A DNA stretch of 64,000 nucleotides from the NCBI GenBank assembly GCA_951406725.2, contig OX597832.1, positions 1,798,001 through 1,862,000 on the forward strand. The letters run 5' to 3'. Numbering within the stretch: position 1 is the first letter of the stretch; every line of letters begins with the position of its first letter. The notes under the pieces were generated by a model. The model ran no database searches. It worked only from the letters and a program-made list of their open reading frames with translations, and was not told the DNA's origin. The position numbers and the translations under genes are program-made. Source of the DNA: Octopus vulgaris. Lineage: Eukaryota. Below are positions 1 through 12,521 of the stretch, piece after piece.

Positions 1-487
1 TGCCCCCTTCGAAACCAACACGTACGGTATCAAGTCTTGGAAGTTCCCACCTAGAGTCAAGGAATTCGAGGCTCAATGGAACTCAAGCTCACCATTAAGA
101 CTTAATCTCACCACAGTAGATTTCTTAGATGTTACTTTACATCTGGGCTCTGGTACATACAGGCCCTATCACAAGCCAAACGAGCAGCCGTCTTATATTA
201 ACACAGCCTCCTGCCACCTACCTATGGTATTCAAGAACCTAGTGAAGGGTGTAAGTAGATCTCGAATCTATCCTCGGGCCAAAATATCTTTGACGCCGCT
301 TCCCCCACCTCCTACTACAATGAGGCACTGGCATCGAGTGGGTTTAAGAACTGCATCTCCTACATGCCAGGCCCAATCACTGGAAAACGATGTGCCGCAG
401 AAACATCGTTTAGTTTGCTCCATCTTTCTCACTCAACGTGAACACTTGTGTGGGAAGGATTTTCCTCAGATTGATAGATAAGCATTT

Positions 488-518
<31 letters not shown>

Positions 519-570
519 ATGCAGGCATTTATTTAACAGGCACAACCTAAGAGTTTCCTTTAGTTGTTAT
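1..570 (+). mobile_element. Penelope-like element remnant: RT C-terminal/thumb region (frameshifted)
   Basis: Translates as ..LKLTIKT-NLTTVDFLDVTLHLGSGTYRPYHKPNEQPSYINTASCHLPMVFKNLVKGVSR, then FAPSFSLNVNTCVGRIFLRLIDKHF and LFNRHNLRVSFSC. These match the PLE motifs VDFLDVTL..YRKPN..YI...SNHPP, WFNPPYS..V.T.IG..FL.LIDKHF and IFNRNT.KVSYSC. Confidence 0.8.
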
Positions 571-596
571 TTTTGCAAGACTTGACAAGGACATCT

Positions 597-1049
597 AATA
601 TAGCTACATAATAAAAAGTTTCACATAATCGCTAACAGCTGTTTCTATAATATTCCAGCTATTGGAACACCGTGTAGATCGAGAATTTCATAGGCCGATT
701 AAACCGTCATCGGAGTGAGATAAGTTAATTATATATAGCAGTGGCTGAACATTTCTCGTTAATGATATCATTGTGGTTCATTTTGTCTAGAAAGGGTGAA
801 GGAATCCAGTTAATAATCCAATTAAAATCCAATTTCAATTGGATTTCTCCCCCACTCACTTTCTATACAAAATGAACCACAATAATGTCGTTAATGAATG
901 ATATTCATCCAGTGTTTCTTAATGTATCTCTCTCCGATGACGGTATGCTCAGCATCTGAAATCTTCGCTCTACATGATGTTCCAATAGCTGGGATATTCT
1001 AGAAACAGCTTTTATAGACTATATATAACTTTTTATTACATAGCTATTT
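597..1049. repeat. Diverged fold-back (inverted arms of about 220 bp), PLE pLTR-like, with an HHR-like motif in each arm
   Basis: atagctacataataaaaagtt pairs with aactttttattacatagctat, and ttgtggttcattttgt with acaaaatgaaccacaa. CCGATGA (934-940) and GAAAC-AGCT (1002-1010) are on +, mirrored at 634-713 on -. A related copy is at about 23150-23245. Confidence 0.75.
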
Positions 1050-1079
1050 GTTAAGTTTTGCCTTTTCAGTTTTGCTTTA

Positions 1080-1400
<321 letters not shown>

Positions 1401-1470
1401 AGTATGGTTATGCAAACAGGAAAAATATAACTCAAAATATGAAAATATGTATATATATATATATATATAG

Positions 1471-1675
1471 TTAATCCAAACATGAAAACACAAAGAGAAA
1501 ACATAACGCGAGGACGTGGAATAAGTATAGTGTTATTGGACGCTCAGGAAAGGAAAGAAAGGAGGAAGAAATAACGTTTCGAGCGGAGCTCTTCGTCAGA
1601 AGCATAGAAAAAGGAAAGGCCCGAGGAAGGTAAGTCGGAGAAAGAAAATCGCCAACGATACACACGCGGTCACAT
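1471..1675 (-). mobile_element. Short TA-flanked PLE pLTR-like fragment with a partial hammerhead core
   Basis: Minus strand at about 1574-1600 reads CTGACGA-A-GAGC-tcc-GCTC-GAAAC-GTT. Stem I is not evident. Flanked by (TA)n. Confidence 0.5.
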
Positions 1676-2003
1676 ATATATATTAATATTTGGTAGAAGT
1701 AGCGTTGGCACATATGAAACTATATTCCATTTCACATTCAATAATTTTATTCAAAATGGAATAATTCCGTTCAAAATGAGAATAATTCCAATCAAGATTG
1801 AATAATTCCATTAAAATGAGGATGTTAAAAATTAGATTAAAAAATACAGTATTTTTATTTTATTTTATTTTGTATCACTGATAATAAACAAGTTTGTGCT
1901 ATATCGTTCCATTCATTGTCAATTTATTCACTAAGTTTATTTATTATTTATTCTCCAAAAGCATATTACATAGTATGATGTATGCTTTGGTATATATACA
2001 CAC

Positions 2004-2040
<37 letters not shown>

Positions 2041-2149
2041 ACACGCACACACACACATATATATATATACATACATACATATATATATATATATATGTAT
2101 ATATATAAGCAATGTAAACAATATAAGCATGTATATCTATATATGTAGA

Positions 2150-2196
<47 letters not shown>

Positions 2197-2386
2197 TGTG
2201 TAATTTTATATTCCGGCATACACCTTGTAGTATGCCGTTTAAAGCCCGTTCACAGTATTCTGCAACCTGATGTTACCAACAGTATGACGGAACATGTCAC
2301 TGGATTTACTTCTGGAATTCCTTCGTATCCGCAGAGTTTATAAAATATATGAGTGAAAGAAAATGGAATATCTCAAATTCCTTATT

Positions 2387-2493
2387 ATTCAGTACGATCG
2401 TTTCGACCACTCCTGCACCGGTGCCTCGATGGTGAGGTGCTATACAAACAGTTGTGGTGCATCGAAGGTGCAGATATGTCTCATCAGGTGACT
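2387..2493 (-). ncRNA. Type I hammerhead ribozyme motif with long stem II
   Basis: Minus strand: CTGATGA-GAC..CTGCACC-TTCGAT..ATCGAG..GGTGCAG..GTC-GAAAC-GATC-GTA. Palindromic loop III, GUA site, imperfect stem I (agtcac/ctgaat). Confidence 0.7.
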
Positions 2494-3489
2494 TGTCAAA
2501 AGGTACCTCGTTTTATTTAAGCTCCGTTTTGCTTATTTATATTAGAATCGAATTTGGCAGTTGTAGTGTGTTTCTCGTCTATACGAAGAACTGATTTATA
2601 ATGTAGGATTCATTTCATAAATGTAATAAGGTGAGTTGCAGTGAATCAAAAAATGAAACGGAAAAATAAAAATAAGTAAATGGATCAAATGATATGATAT
2701 ACAATGATAGTGAAAAGCCGTTAAATAAAGTATAAGACAACCATGAAAGTCCCGATCATTCTGTACTGTTGAGTTATCTAGAAACATATTATTCTATCCC
2801 GTTATTTTATAAAGATAGTAGTGAAGTCTAATTTGTATGCGATTTGGCTGCTTTATTTAGCTGATCGAGTGGCGACGAAGAATCATTTTTGACTTGACAA
2901 TGAATCCATTGCAGAATATTTGTATGAGACCACAAATCTAGCAGCAATGTTACACATTTCTAAATTCAGTCAACATGTAACTTCATAAGGAAATTAGGTT
3001 CAAGGAAACCCAGGAGTATTAGGAGTACTGAAACTTACCTACTTTGAATATTTTTGAGCATTTTCTAACAAAGATCATTTTGCGAGTACACACTAATATC
3101 TTAGCAACTAATTAGAAAGAAATTGTAATTACGTTTTGCAGACAATAAATGCGAATGTTGTTTAAAATTGCAATAAATTTTTAATGAAATTATTTGAAAA
3201 TAAATAATTACTTCAAAACATTAAACTTTTTTTCTAATTTAATTATAGTTGATTTGAGAGGTAAACATTTTAAATCACTTAAATATTTGGACAAAATATA
3301 AGCATACTTTTAAAGGTACACCTATGTTTTATTCAAATTTTGAAAGGTATACCTGCATACATAAATCTATCTACATATAACCATACATGCAAAACTTACA
3401 GTTAGCTGACGTTACGGAGATTAGTATTTTGTCACTGTTGTTGCACTATAGTAACAATAAAAAGTTATGCTATTGAAATAATCCAGAGC

Positions 3490-3655
3490 CTTGGATTGAT
3501 AAATAGTTCCAGTTCCCAACGTTCTGAGTTCAAAAATACTGATGTCAACCTTGCCTGTCATCCACCTAGGGTCGATAAAAAAAGTACCAGTCAAGTACGA
3601 GTCAATGATATTGACTAAGTCCTTCACCCTAAATTTCAGGCCTTCTGCCCATACG
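3490..3655 (+). mobile_element. Decayed SINE (family C, Meta-domain-like core)
   Basis: gtcaaccttgcctgtcatccacctagggtcgataaaaaaagtaccagt. The same core occurs inverted at 50.9 kb and 56.9 kb and resembles the MetaSINE central domain. Confidence 0.55.
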
Positions 3656-3665
3656 AGAATCAATT

Positions 3666-4583
3666 CCGTGCCGGAAACTACAGCCTAGAAGACGAGCCTC
3701 GTCTTAGAAGATCTGTAGAATTCGACTAGGACGTCCTGCAAATCCTGGTGGAAGAAAATCCCAACGAAACTACTGAAGAAACTAACAGAGAAGCTTGGTT
3801 TTGGTCATTCGACCATTCCTCGATACCTGCGTGCCATCGGAAAAGTCAGCAAATTGGGTCAATGGGTTCCTCACAAACATTCCGAATCTAATCGCGCACA
3901 GAAAGTGAATATGTGCTCTTCTTTGCTGTCATGTCTCACGATATTCGTTTATGGACCGAATAGCGATTGGTGACGAAAAATGAGTTCTCTATAAAAATGT
4001 CAAGCACCGAAGACAGTAGGTAAAGAAAGGGGAAACACCAGAAGCTCCAGGCTGAAGATCTTCACCCACGTAAGATTTTGTTATCAGTTTGGTGGGACAT
4101 GAAAGGTTTAATCTACTTTGAATTTTTAAACCCAAACCAAACGATAACAAAGTAGATATGCTGCGATCAGCTTGGATGGTTTAAGTCAGCGCTAGAAGAA
4201 AAATGACCATCTTTGGTTTCAAGACGAAAAGTGTTTTTCCATCAAGATAATGCTCGGCAACATACAGCGAGGATGACATTCCAAAGGCTGGATCAGTTTC
4301 AATGGGAGACGATGCCCCACCCACCATATTCGCCGGATATTGTTCTATCTGATTGTCATTCATTCTGCAGTCTTCAAAATCATTTAGACGGAAAAAATAT
4401 GAATTCTGTAGACGAGGCCAGGATAGTTAAAGAAGAGTATTTTTCGTGACAAACAAGTGAATTTCGGAAGTAGGCCTTGTAAGTCTACCAGATAGATGGA
4501 AGAGCATTGTAGAAAATGAAGGTATCTTAATTTTGAAAGACAAAAGAAGTATAAAAAACCGCATTATTTAGGGGATGACCCAA
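3666..4583 (+). mobile_element. 5'-truncated mariner (DD34D) transposon, pseudogenised
   Basis: Decayed motifs WVPHKHS, IAIGDEK*VLY, LSVWWDMKG, FHQDNARQH...HPPYSPDIVLSD. Right TIR ...ttatttaggggatgacccaa followed by TA. Confidence 0.9.
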
Positions 4584-4608
4584 TACACACACGCGCGCGC
4601 GCGCGCGC

Positions 4609-4910
<302 letters not shown>

Positions 4911-5093
4911 AGTATTCTTGGATATATGATTTATTACATAAAACATACGATCATACATACAAAGGTCGAAAGTGAGAGCCATATAAGAACCAGATATTCA
5001 GTTTTTTTACATACATGTTTGTAACCATCCCTCATGCACACACATTTGTGTATGTGTGTGTATGTGTAGGTGTGGGTATGTGTGTGTGGTGTA

Positions 5094-5146
<53 letters not shown>

Positions 5147-6419
5147 TTCCTTTATTGAAATTGAAACTGAGAGTTTGTCTCGGAACTCCAGTTACACACC
5201 GCTGCGATCTACAGGCGAGAACACATGGTGTATTAACAGAAGAATATAGATCGGCGTGTGAAATACATTGCTCTATGTTCTGTTTATGAATCTTGTGTTT
5301 CATACCTTCTAGCGCAAAAATATACTCGCCAGTTATATTCCAGACTAAAAACTGGCCACGAACCAAGCCAAAGAAACCTAATGATGTTCAGTGTTTGATA
5401 TTTACTTCAGTGTCCCCTTGATTCCGCTTGTTGCCATACTCTTACATAACAACGAAAACATTGCTGTTTTGACTTTGTTATCGTAGCTGTGCAAATGTTA
5501 CGACACAGAACTTCAGTTGTTTAAACTATGTGAGATGTCTACAGTGAAGTGCTTTCCTCAATGAGTTGCTCGATTTTCTGTTTAAATATTTAATATTTTT
5601 CCTAATTGGTATTTGTGTTTCATATACTAAGGTTAAAATAGTTTGATTTAACTTTCACAACTATGAATAAATTCATTTTCGTAGAGATGCACATAGATGC
5701 AATTATTTACACATACATGCACAACACACACACACGCCTGCGCGCGCACACACACTGAAGTATATACACATATACATACACACGTACATACATACATACA
5801 TACATACATACATACATACATACATACATACATACATACATACATACATACATACATACATCCTTCGCAAAAGTATGATAAACAACTAAGAGATCAGATT
5901 GTGAAAAGTGAAATACTATACAATAATATTACATATAAGGTTAATATAGATGGTGATATAAATGTTATCAGCGATAAGAAATTGTAGTAACCGTTTGAAC
6001 AAAACTGTATAAACGAAGCAAATTCCAGTTTTCTGGAATTTCGACCTGGTTCGAAAAGTAAAAACATTGGTTTAAAAAGGTTTCTGAAAAATATTTTTAA
6101 AATATTGCTTAAAACAATGACCCAATTACAACAGGAAAATTCTCCGCCATTTCCCCTAAGTTTATTAATTTTGTTTCGCTAGCATGCGATGAGCCGACAC
6201 CTACTATTGATGAAGTACATGTATGCCAAAATCAAGTGATTCAAACATTTCGCCATCTTTGCTAAACAATGCCTGCTATGCCTGCTAACCATATGCCTAG
6301 GCTTTTAACACTGTACTTTAATATGAGAGATTGTCTCACGGAAAATACTTCAGTGATACGGCATTTTAACAATACATACACGTTAAGTAGGATATAAAGA
6401 TTGCCACACGTATCTTTTT

Positions 6420-6660
6420 TCCTTTTTACCTTTTTGCATTCATTATACTACTGTCATGCTGGGGCATCGCCTCGAAGAATTTTTAGTTGAAAGAATCACC
6501 CCGAGTACTTAGTTTTTTTTCTATCAGTTACTTTTGCCGAACCGCTAATTTATGTTAACGTAAACATATCAACACAGGTTGTCAAGAAGTGGAGACAAAC
6601 ACCGACACAAAGTCACACACACAAAAACACACACACACATACAAACATACACACACATTT
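6420..6660 (-). mobile_element. Decayed SINE family A, 3' portion
   Basis: catgctggggcatcgcc..ttttgccgaaccgctaa..gtaaac..ggttgtcaag, homologous to 11407-11800. Confidence 0.7.
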
Positions 6661-6902
6661 ATATCTTTTATCGTTTACTTGTTTCAGTCATTTAGACAAC
6701 AGCCATGCTGGGGTATCGCCTTGAAGAATTTTAGTTGAACGCATCGTACCCAGTATTTTTTAAGTCTGGTACTTATTTTGTTAGTTCTTTTGTCGAACCA
6801 CTAAGTTACGGGGACGTATACACACCAAAACCAGTTGTTAAGCGATTATCGGGAGAAACACAGACGCAAAGACGCACAATGCGTATATCTATATTTATCT
6901 AT

Positions 6903-6956
<54 letters not shown>

Positions 6957-6963
<7 letters not shown>

Positions 6964-7143
6964 GTGACAATTATTCGGTAGTCAAAATAAAACTCTGAGT
7001 TTCGGATGCCGAGGTAGAAATCCACACCACCATCTCTTCGGTTATCTGGCCATCTGGCCATTTTCTTTTTGTTGGTGTGGATTTCCACCTCGGCATCAGA
7101 AACTCAGAGTTTTATCTTGGCTACCGAATAATTGTCACATATT
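6957..7143. repeat. Fold-back with arms of about 72 bp
   Basis: atatgtgacaattattcggtag..aaactctgagtttcggatgccgaggtagaaatccacacca is mirrored by tggtgtggatttccacctcggcatcagaaactcagagtttt..ctaccgaataattgtcacatat. Confidence 0.9.
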
Positions 7144-7240
7144 ATTTTACAGATAAATTTCCTCTATTTACATAATATATATTTCATTTTTTGATTTGGT
7201 TTGCAAGATTCTTTATATGAGTTCGTGTGTTGAAGCATAT

Positions 7241-7473
7241 TCTGTTGTGTCTGGGGAGAGTCAATTTCTTTTTGTGCCTTGTAACACACTCACCGGTAAA
7301 ATTTCCACTTTTTCCTTATCTTTATTTTTCTAAAATTTTCGTTGCGCCTTGCAACCTTTTCAATAGTTTTGACTCTTTTAGGAAAATAAAAATAAGAAAA
7401 AAGTGGAAATTTTACCAGTGAGTGTGTTACATTATAAGGTACAAAAAGAAAATGACTCTCCCCAGATACAACA
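7241..7473. repeat. Fold-back with arms of about 95 bp
   Basis: ctgttgtgtctggggagagtca..acacactcaccggtaaaatttccactttt versus aaaagtggaaattttaccagtgagtgtgt..tgactctccccagatacaacag. Confidence 0.9.
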
Positions 7474-7498
7474 GTATATACATCTATTTATTTATCTT

Positions 7499-7578
<80 letters not shown>

Positions 7579-7585
<7 letters not shown>

Positions 7586-8160
7586 TATATTAAAACACAT
7601 TAAGAGGCTTCCATCATAGGAATCCTTTACGCTAGAAAGAACAGTTAAAGTCCAAACCACTAATTAGGGATAGATTCTCGAAGGGAATGAAAATTAAAAA
7701 GATTTACCATCTAATTCCTGGACCATGGTTTTTGACTTATTTTAGTAAATACAAATTATTATTTACCAAGGCGAAGTCTTCATCAAGAGGGACGCCTTAG
7801 ATTAAATATACAAAAAATGAGGCCAATCCAGCATATGTTTCATTGCTTGTACATTTTAATTTTTTTCAAATCCACTGCGCAAGCGCAGTCTTTTTTGTCG
7901 GCAGCAAGAGGATGCTGGTAAAATCTTCGAACGAATCTACCAGAAATCATTTTACATAATAAATAATATCAGGGTAATAAAAATTATAGAAATTTCTACT
8001 ACCAGTGGCCTAGCGTACAAAAAGTTAGTCAATAGACTATATATTATTCATATAAAATACAGTGTACATTAAAACCCATTAAGAGGCTTCCATCATAGGA
8101 ATCCTTTAAGCTAGAAAGAACAGTTAAAGTCCAAACCACTAATTAGGGATAGATTCTCTC
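7579..8160 (-). mobile_element. Terminally redundant 479-bp unit (about 1.2-mer) with a decayed HHR at 7716-7792
   Basis: A direct repeat of about 100 bp (taagaggcttccatcatagg...) starts at 7601 and 8080. Minus strand: TTGATGA-AGACTT...AAGTC-A-AAAAC-CATG-GTC. Confidence 0.7.
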
Positions 8161-9212
8161 TTTATTACCCTGATATTACTCTTTATTACCCTGATATATA
8201 TATATATATATATTTATACGACGGGCTTCCTTCAGCTCCCAAATCCATCTACAAGGCTTTGGTAGACCCGTGGCTTTAGTAGAAGACACTCGACCAACGT
8301 ACCATGCAGTGGGATTGAATCATGAACCCGGAACCGTGTGGTTGGAAAGCGAACTTCTTACCACACAGCCACGCTTTCCACTCATATATGTATGTATATG
8401 ATTTAAGTGAGTAAAGGAGAAGTTAAATCGTTTCTGTAAATGACTGATATCTTTATTTGATATCACATAAAATACGTAATACATTTAATATATAGAAATA
8501 CTATAGTTTGCTCACTTCCTCAGACTTCTTGCTTTGTCAAAATGGTCAACCTTTGAAGTAAACCTGCACTGCAACATATATTTATATCATTTTAATTGGT
8601 GGTCAACAACATGCAAGTAGATGGATAAGTCAAAGCCTTCATTTGGTACATCATATAAGATTCAAGTGAATTAATCGTAATAAAAGATATAAAAATAAAA
8701 TCAATATAGATCAAAGCGTTTACCATTGAATGACATTAGACCATTTTTATGAACCTTTTGTCGATGTTAAGCAGTTAGAACACACAGAGAAGCAAAATAA
8801 TGTCCATGCTTGTAAACACTCCGATCCCTACTCATTACACATTCATATTCTTCCTTCATACATCTCTCATCATACTGCCTAGAAATTTGTACACAAATTA
8901 CAAATACAGACATATAAAAATATATAGAATGAAAAATGAGAGCGGAGAATCCTAGAATATTTTAAAGATAGAATATTCTTAAGGTAGAATATTCTTGCTA
9001 GAATTAAAAAAATAAAGTAGAGGATTTGGGCTTGTAGAATAACCTACTGCTATTTACTTTTGTTTCTTTATCTCGCTTCTATACATTGTTTCTTGTTTAT
9101 TTCTCATCTCTTCTCATCTCAATCTTCCCTCTACCTTATGGAGTGCAGCTGTCTTTCACTCTCTCCAGCACTTTGACGCTACTTTTATTTTTGATATGTC
9201 TTCTTTCTAATA

Positions 9213-10525
9213 TAGGGTGGGGCAGAGAGGACGGTCGTTTGAAAAACTCACAAAATCATTAATTTTAGCTGCAAACAAATTTTATTGACATCAATGTGTT
9301 AGTAAACAGAAACACTTACGGGCAAACATACAAATGCATTAATACACACACATACACACATATGCACTCACACACTCGCATACGCATTTGTCAAAATCAA
9401 GTGTGGAGAACAACATCCATCATGTGATGTCCGTTTCCATTGATATATTTCTGAAGGCGTTCTTGGAAGTTGGCTTCCACTCTCTCCAGCATTGCTTTGT
9501 TGATTTGGGCGACTTCCACGCGAATAACTTCCTTCAAATTGTTCTATATACAGGCCTAATACGCATACCCACGTTCCTTGATGCCTACCCCATAAAAAAT
9601 AGTCACACCTGGACAAATCAGGGGACCGAAGGGACAAAGGAATGTCAGCAAACCTTGAAATAAGGCGGTCACCGAAAAGCGGGAGTAAAGCGTCTACTGA
9701 TGTTCTGGCTGTGTTCGCCCTCGCCCCATCCTGCTGAAACCACACACGTCGAATATATATATGTTTTCGTCGTAATTCAGGCACAAAGTTGTTAATCATC
9801 TCGATGTAACGCTCGGAGTTCACAGTAACAGCATTTCCATTATTATCTTCAAAAAGGTAAGGACCAATGACGGTAGCTTTTCCAACAGTACACTAGGCCG
9901 TCACTTTTGGGCTGTGAAGTAGTCTTTCGTGCAGTTCTCTCGGATTTTCAAGAAGTCACTAATGACAGTTCTGTTGATTCCCCATGCCATTGAAATGAAA
10001 ATGAGCCTAATCACGCATTAACAAAATGAGGTCGTCATTTGCCTCAAAAATTGTTTCCATTTGACGTGCGAAGCTAAGCCGCTGTGCATAGTCCCATGGT
10101 TTCAATTGTTGCCCGATGACCAATTTGTACGGGTAAAAATACAGGTCTTCATGCAAAATATACCTTACCGATCGATTACCGATGCCAAGTTCAGTGGACG
10201 TCTCCTATTCATTAGTGTACTTCGTGTACGAAGTGTATTCACCCAACATAAAATTGTGTTACGAGAGGAAACAGTCTGATTTCGGTGAATGTTGAAGTGG
10301 CGTCCAAATTCACGATGAACTGCTGTGACAGACTCATTATTCTTCACGTAACTGTGGTAGGCAAACACGCGATGCTCTATCGTTCACAGCGCCATCAGTT
10401 TACCTGAAAAGTAACAAAAATACTAAGACACCACCGACTGTATGGTACCTGCCGTACATATGTCCCTCCCACTGGGGTTGAGTAATGGCTATTTTATAAA
10501 CGTCCGTCCTCTCTGCCCCACCCGG
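9213..10525 (-). mobile_element. Full-length decayed Tc1/mariner-superfamily element, rosa-like DD41D
   Basis: TIRs gggtggggcagagaggacggtcgttt and aaacgtccgtcctctctgccccaccc. N-terminal HTH ESVTAVHREFGRHF, first D in LMRD*AHFHFNG, and WFQQDGA...RSPDLSRCDYFLWG with 41 residues between the last two Asp. Confidence 0.9.
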
Positions 10526-10657
10526 TTTTATACATTAGCGAGACAAAAGAAATGTATTTGCGTGCGTATTTACATACAGAAAGATATCAATACTAGTAAA
10601 CAGAAACACTTACGGGAAAACATACAAATACACTAATAATCATACACGCGATTCACA

Positions 10658-10700
<43 letters not shown>

Positions 10701-10925
10701 ACACACACACATATGCACTCACACACTCGCATACACACACAAACACGCAAACATATAGGGATGCAAAAATACAGTGCATAAAGTTTGGAGACAAAATCGC
10801 CAGTGTTTCCAGGGATATTATTGTTTCTAAAATTAACTCAAATCTTTCTACATAACAACGTTTTTCAGTTTTCACTCTATCGTTAATATTTTCATATCAC
10901 CATATGTAATAATATTACACATAGT

Positions 10926-11304
10926 GGAGGCGCAATGGCCCAGTGGTTAGGGCAGCGGACTCGCGGTCATAGGATCGCGGTTTCGATTCCCAGACCGGGC
11001 GTTGTGAGTGTTTATTGAGCGAAAACACCTAAAAGCTCCACGAGGCTCCGCCAGGGGATGGTTGTGATCCCTGCTGTACTCTTTCACCACAACTTTCTCT
11101 TACTTCCTGTTTCTGTTGTAACTGTACTTCAAAGGGCCGGCCTTGTCACTCTCTGTGTCACGCTGAATATCCCCGAGAACTACGTTAAGGGTACACGTGT
11201 CTGTGGAGTGCTCAGCCACTTACACGTTAATTTCACGAGCAGGCTGTTCCGTTGATTCGGATCAACCGGAACCCTCGTCGTCGTAACCGACGGAGTGCTT
11301 CCGC
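10926..11304 (+). mobile_element. Intact tRNA-derived SINE (family B) with 15-bp target site duplication (TSD)
   Basis: A-box tggcccagtgg and B-box-like gtttcgattcc. TSD aatattacacatagt at 10911-10925 and 11305-11319. A near-identical copy is at 60116-60505. Confidence 0.9.
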
Positions 11305-11406
11305 AATATTACACATAGTTTTCTGTAGTATTTCTCATTTCAATTCTGCAATATTTTCTTATTTCTAAAAATTTCTTTTACGACTTTGTCTCCTAGACGT
11401 TCATTA

Positions 11407-11800
11407 CTCTTTACTCTTTTACTTTTTACTTGTTTCAGTCATTTGACTGCGGCCATGCTGGAGCACTGCCTTTAGTTGTGCAAATCGACCCCAGGACTTA
11501 TTCTTTGTAAGCTTAGTACTTATTCTATCGGTTTCTTTTACCGAACCGTTAAGTTACGAGGACGTAGAGACACCAGCATCGGTTGTCAAGCGATGTTGGG
11601 GGGACAAACACACACACATATATATACATATACATATATACGACGGGCTTCTTTCAGCTTCCGTCTACCAAATCCAGTCACAAGGCTTTGGGCGGCCCGA
11701 GGCTATAGTAGAAGACACTTGCCCAAGGTGCCACGCAGTGCAACTCAATCCGGAAAAATGTGACTGGGAAGCAAGCTACCTACCACACAGACATTCCTAG
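11407..11800 (-). mobile_element. Full-length tRNA-derived SINE family A with internal (CA)/(TA) microsatellite and (TAAAAG)-like tail
   Basis: The minus-strand head (family consensus gtggctgtgtggtaag...ccgggttcagtccc) carries A/B boxes. Tail ttactcttttact on +. At least 7 homologous copies in the window. Confidence 0.9.
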
Positions 11801-12452
11801 CCTATATTCAAAAAGTTGCATTCGAATACATTTGCTGTAAAGCAATAACATTTAATGCCTTTGATTCACGTTAAGTAAAATTAAATAGTTCTCATTCTGT
11901 AACTTACTGCTTACTGTTTTGGCTTAATAATAAAATTTTTGATAATTATCTCCGTCAAAAAATGTCTTTGCTTGAAAATAGTAATATTGGTAACGGTGAC
12001 ACAAATGTAAGAAAAACTTTTTCAAAAAGGAATATTGTTTGAAGTTCATAAATATACCGCGTTTCCTTCTATAAGAAACGTTATGAAGACTGGACTCGGA
12101 AGATCAGCTTTTCTGCAAAAAATAGTTTGATTTATAAAATTGTCATACCCCTTAAACCAACAACACTGCTGCCTCATACTACAACTGGTGCTAACCCTAT
12201 GACATTAATAATGTTTACTCCTTGGTGCTCCTCATGGTATTTTGATATGAAGCAGTTTAATTTATATTTGAGCTCCGTAAACACAAATACTTTCGCCTTC
12301 CTTTATTCTGTGTATTAGTGCCGGCACTTTGGTACCTAGACTTCATATTTTTCTGCGAAAATATTCATTTCTTGAAAACATTAAAACTTCACTGATAAAA
12401 TAGTTACAAATCAAACTTCTGCTAGTTTACGTTATTCAAGAATCAGAAAAGC

Positions 12453-12521
<69 letters not shown>

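Larger units (their letters stand above)
6666..8374 (-). mobile_element. SINE family A split by about 1.3 kb of nested insertions in its internal (TA)n (3' half 6666-6880, tRNA head 8216-8374)
   Basis: The two halves are colinear with the intact copy at 11407-11800. The head ends ...cttaccacacagccacgc. Confidence 0.75.

Noticed and set aside
1735-1820. CRISPR-like or regulatory array (aataattcc..tcaaaatg, about 4 units)
   Set aside because: A 20-21 bp degenerate minisatellite with no unique spacers, in eukaryotic context.
1894-2343. ORFs rich in YI, HT, CV, MYVC, LS or RE repeats, here and throughout the track
   Set aside because: They are translations of (TA)n, (CA)n, (TATG)n and (GA)n microsatellites, which lack stops in some frames.
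7325-7375. U3:A8 hammerhead-like TTGAAAA-G-GTTGC..GCAAC-GAAAATTTTA on the minus strand
   Set aside because: Stem II and a palindromic stem III are plausible, but stem I does not pair and the 4.7-kb copy breaks the core. Left uncalled.
10926-11000. tRNA gene
   Set aside because: The tRNA-like head continues into a 300-bp body, has a TSD and has a second copy, so it is a SINE head. The acceptor stem does not pair properly.
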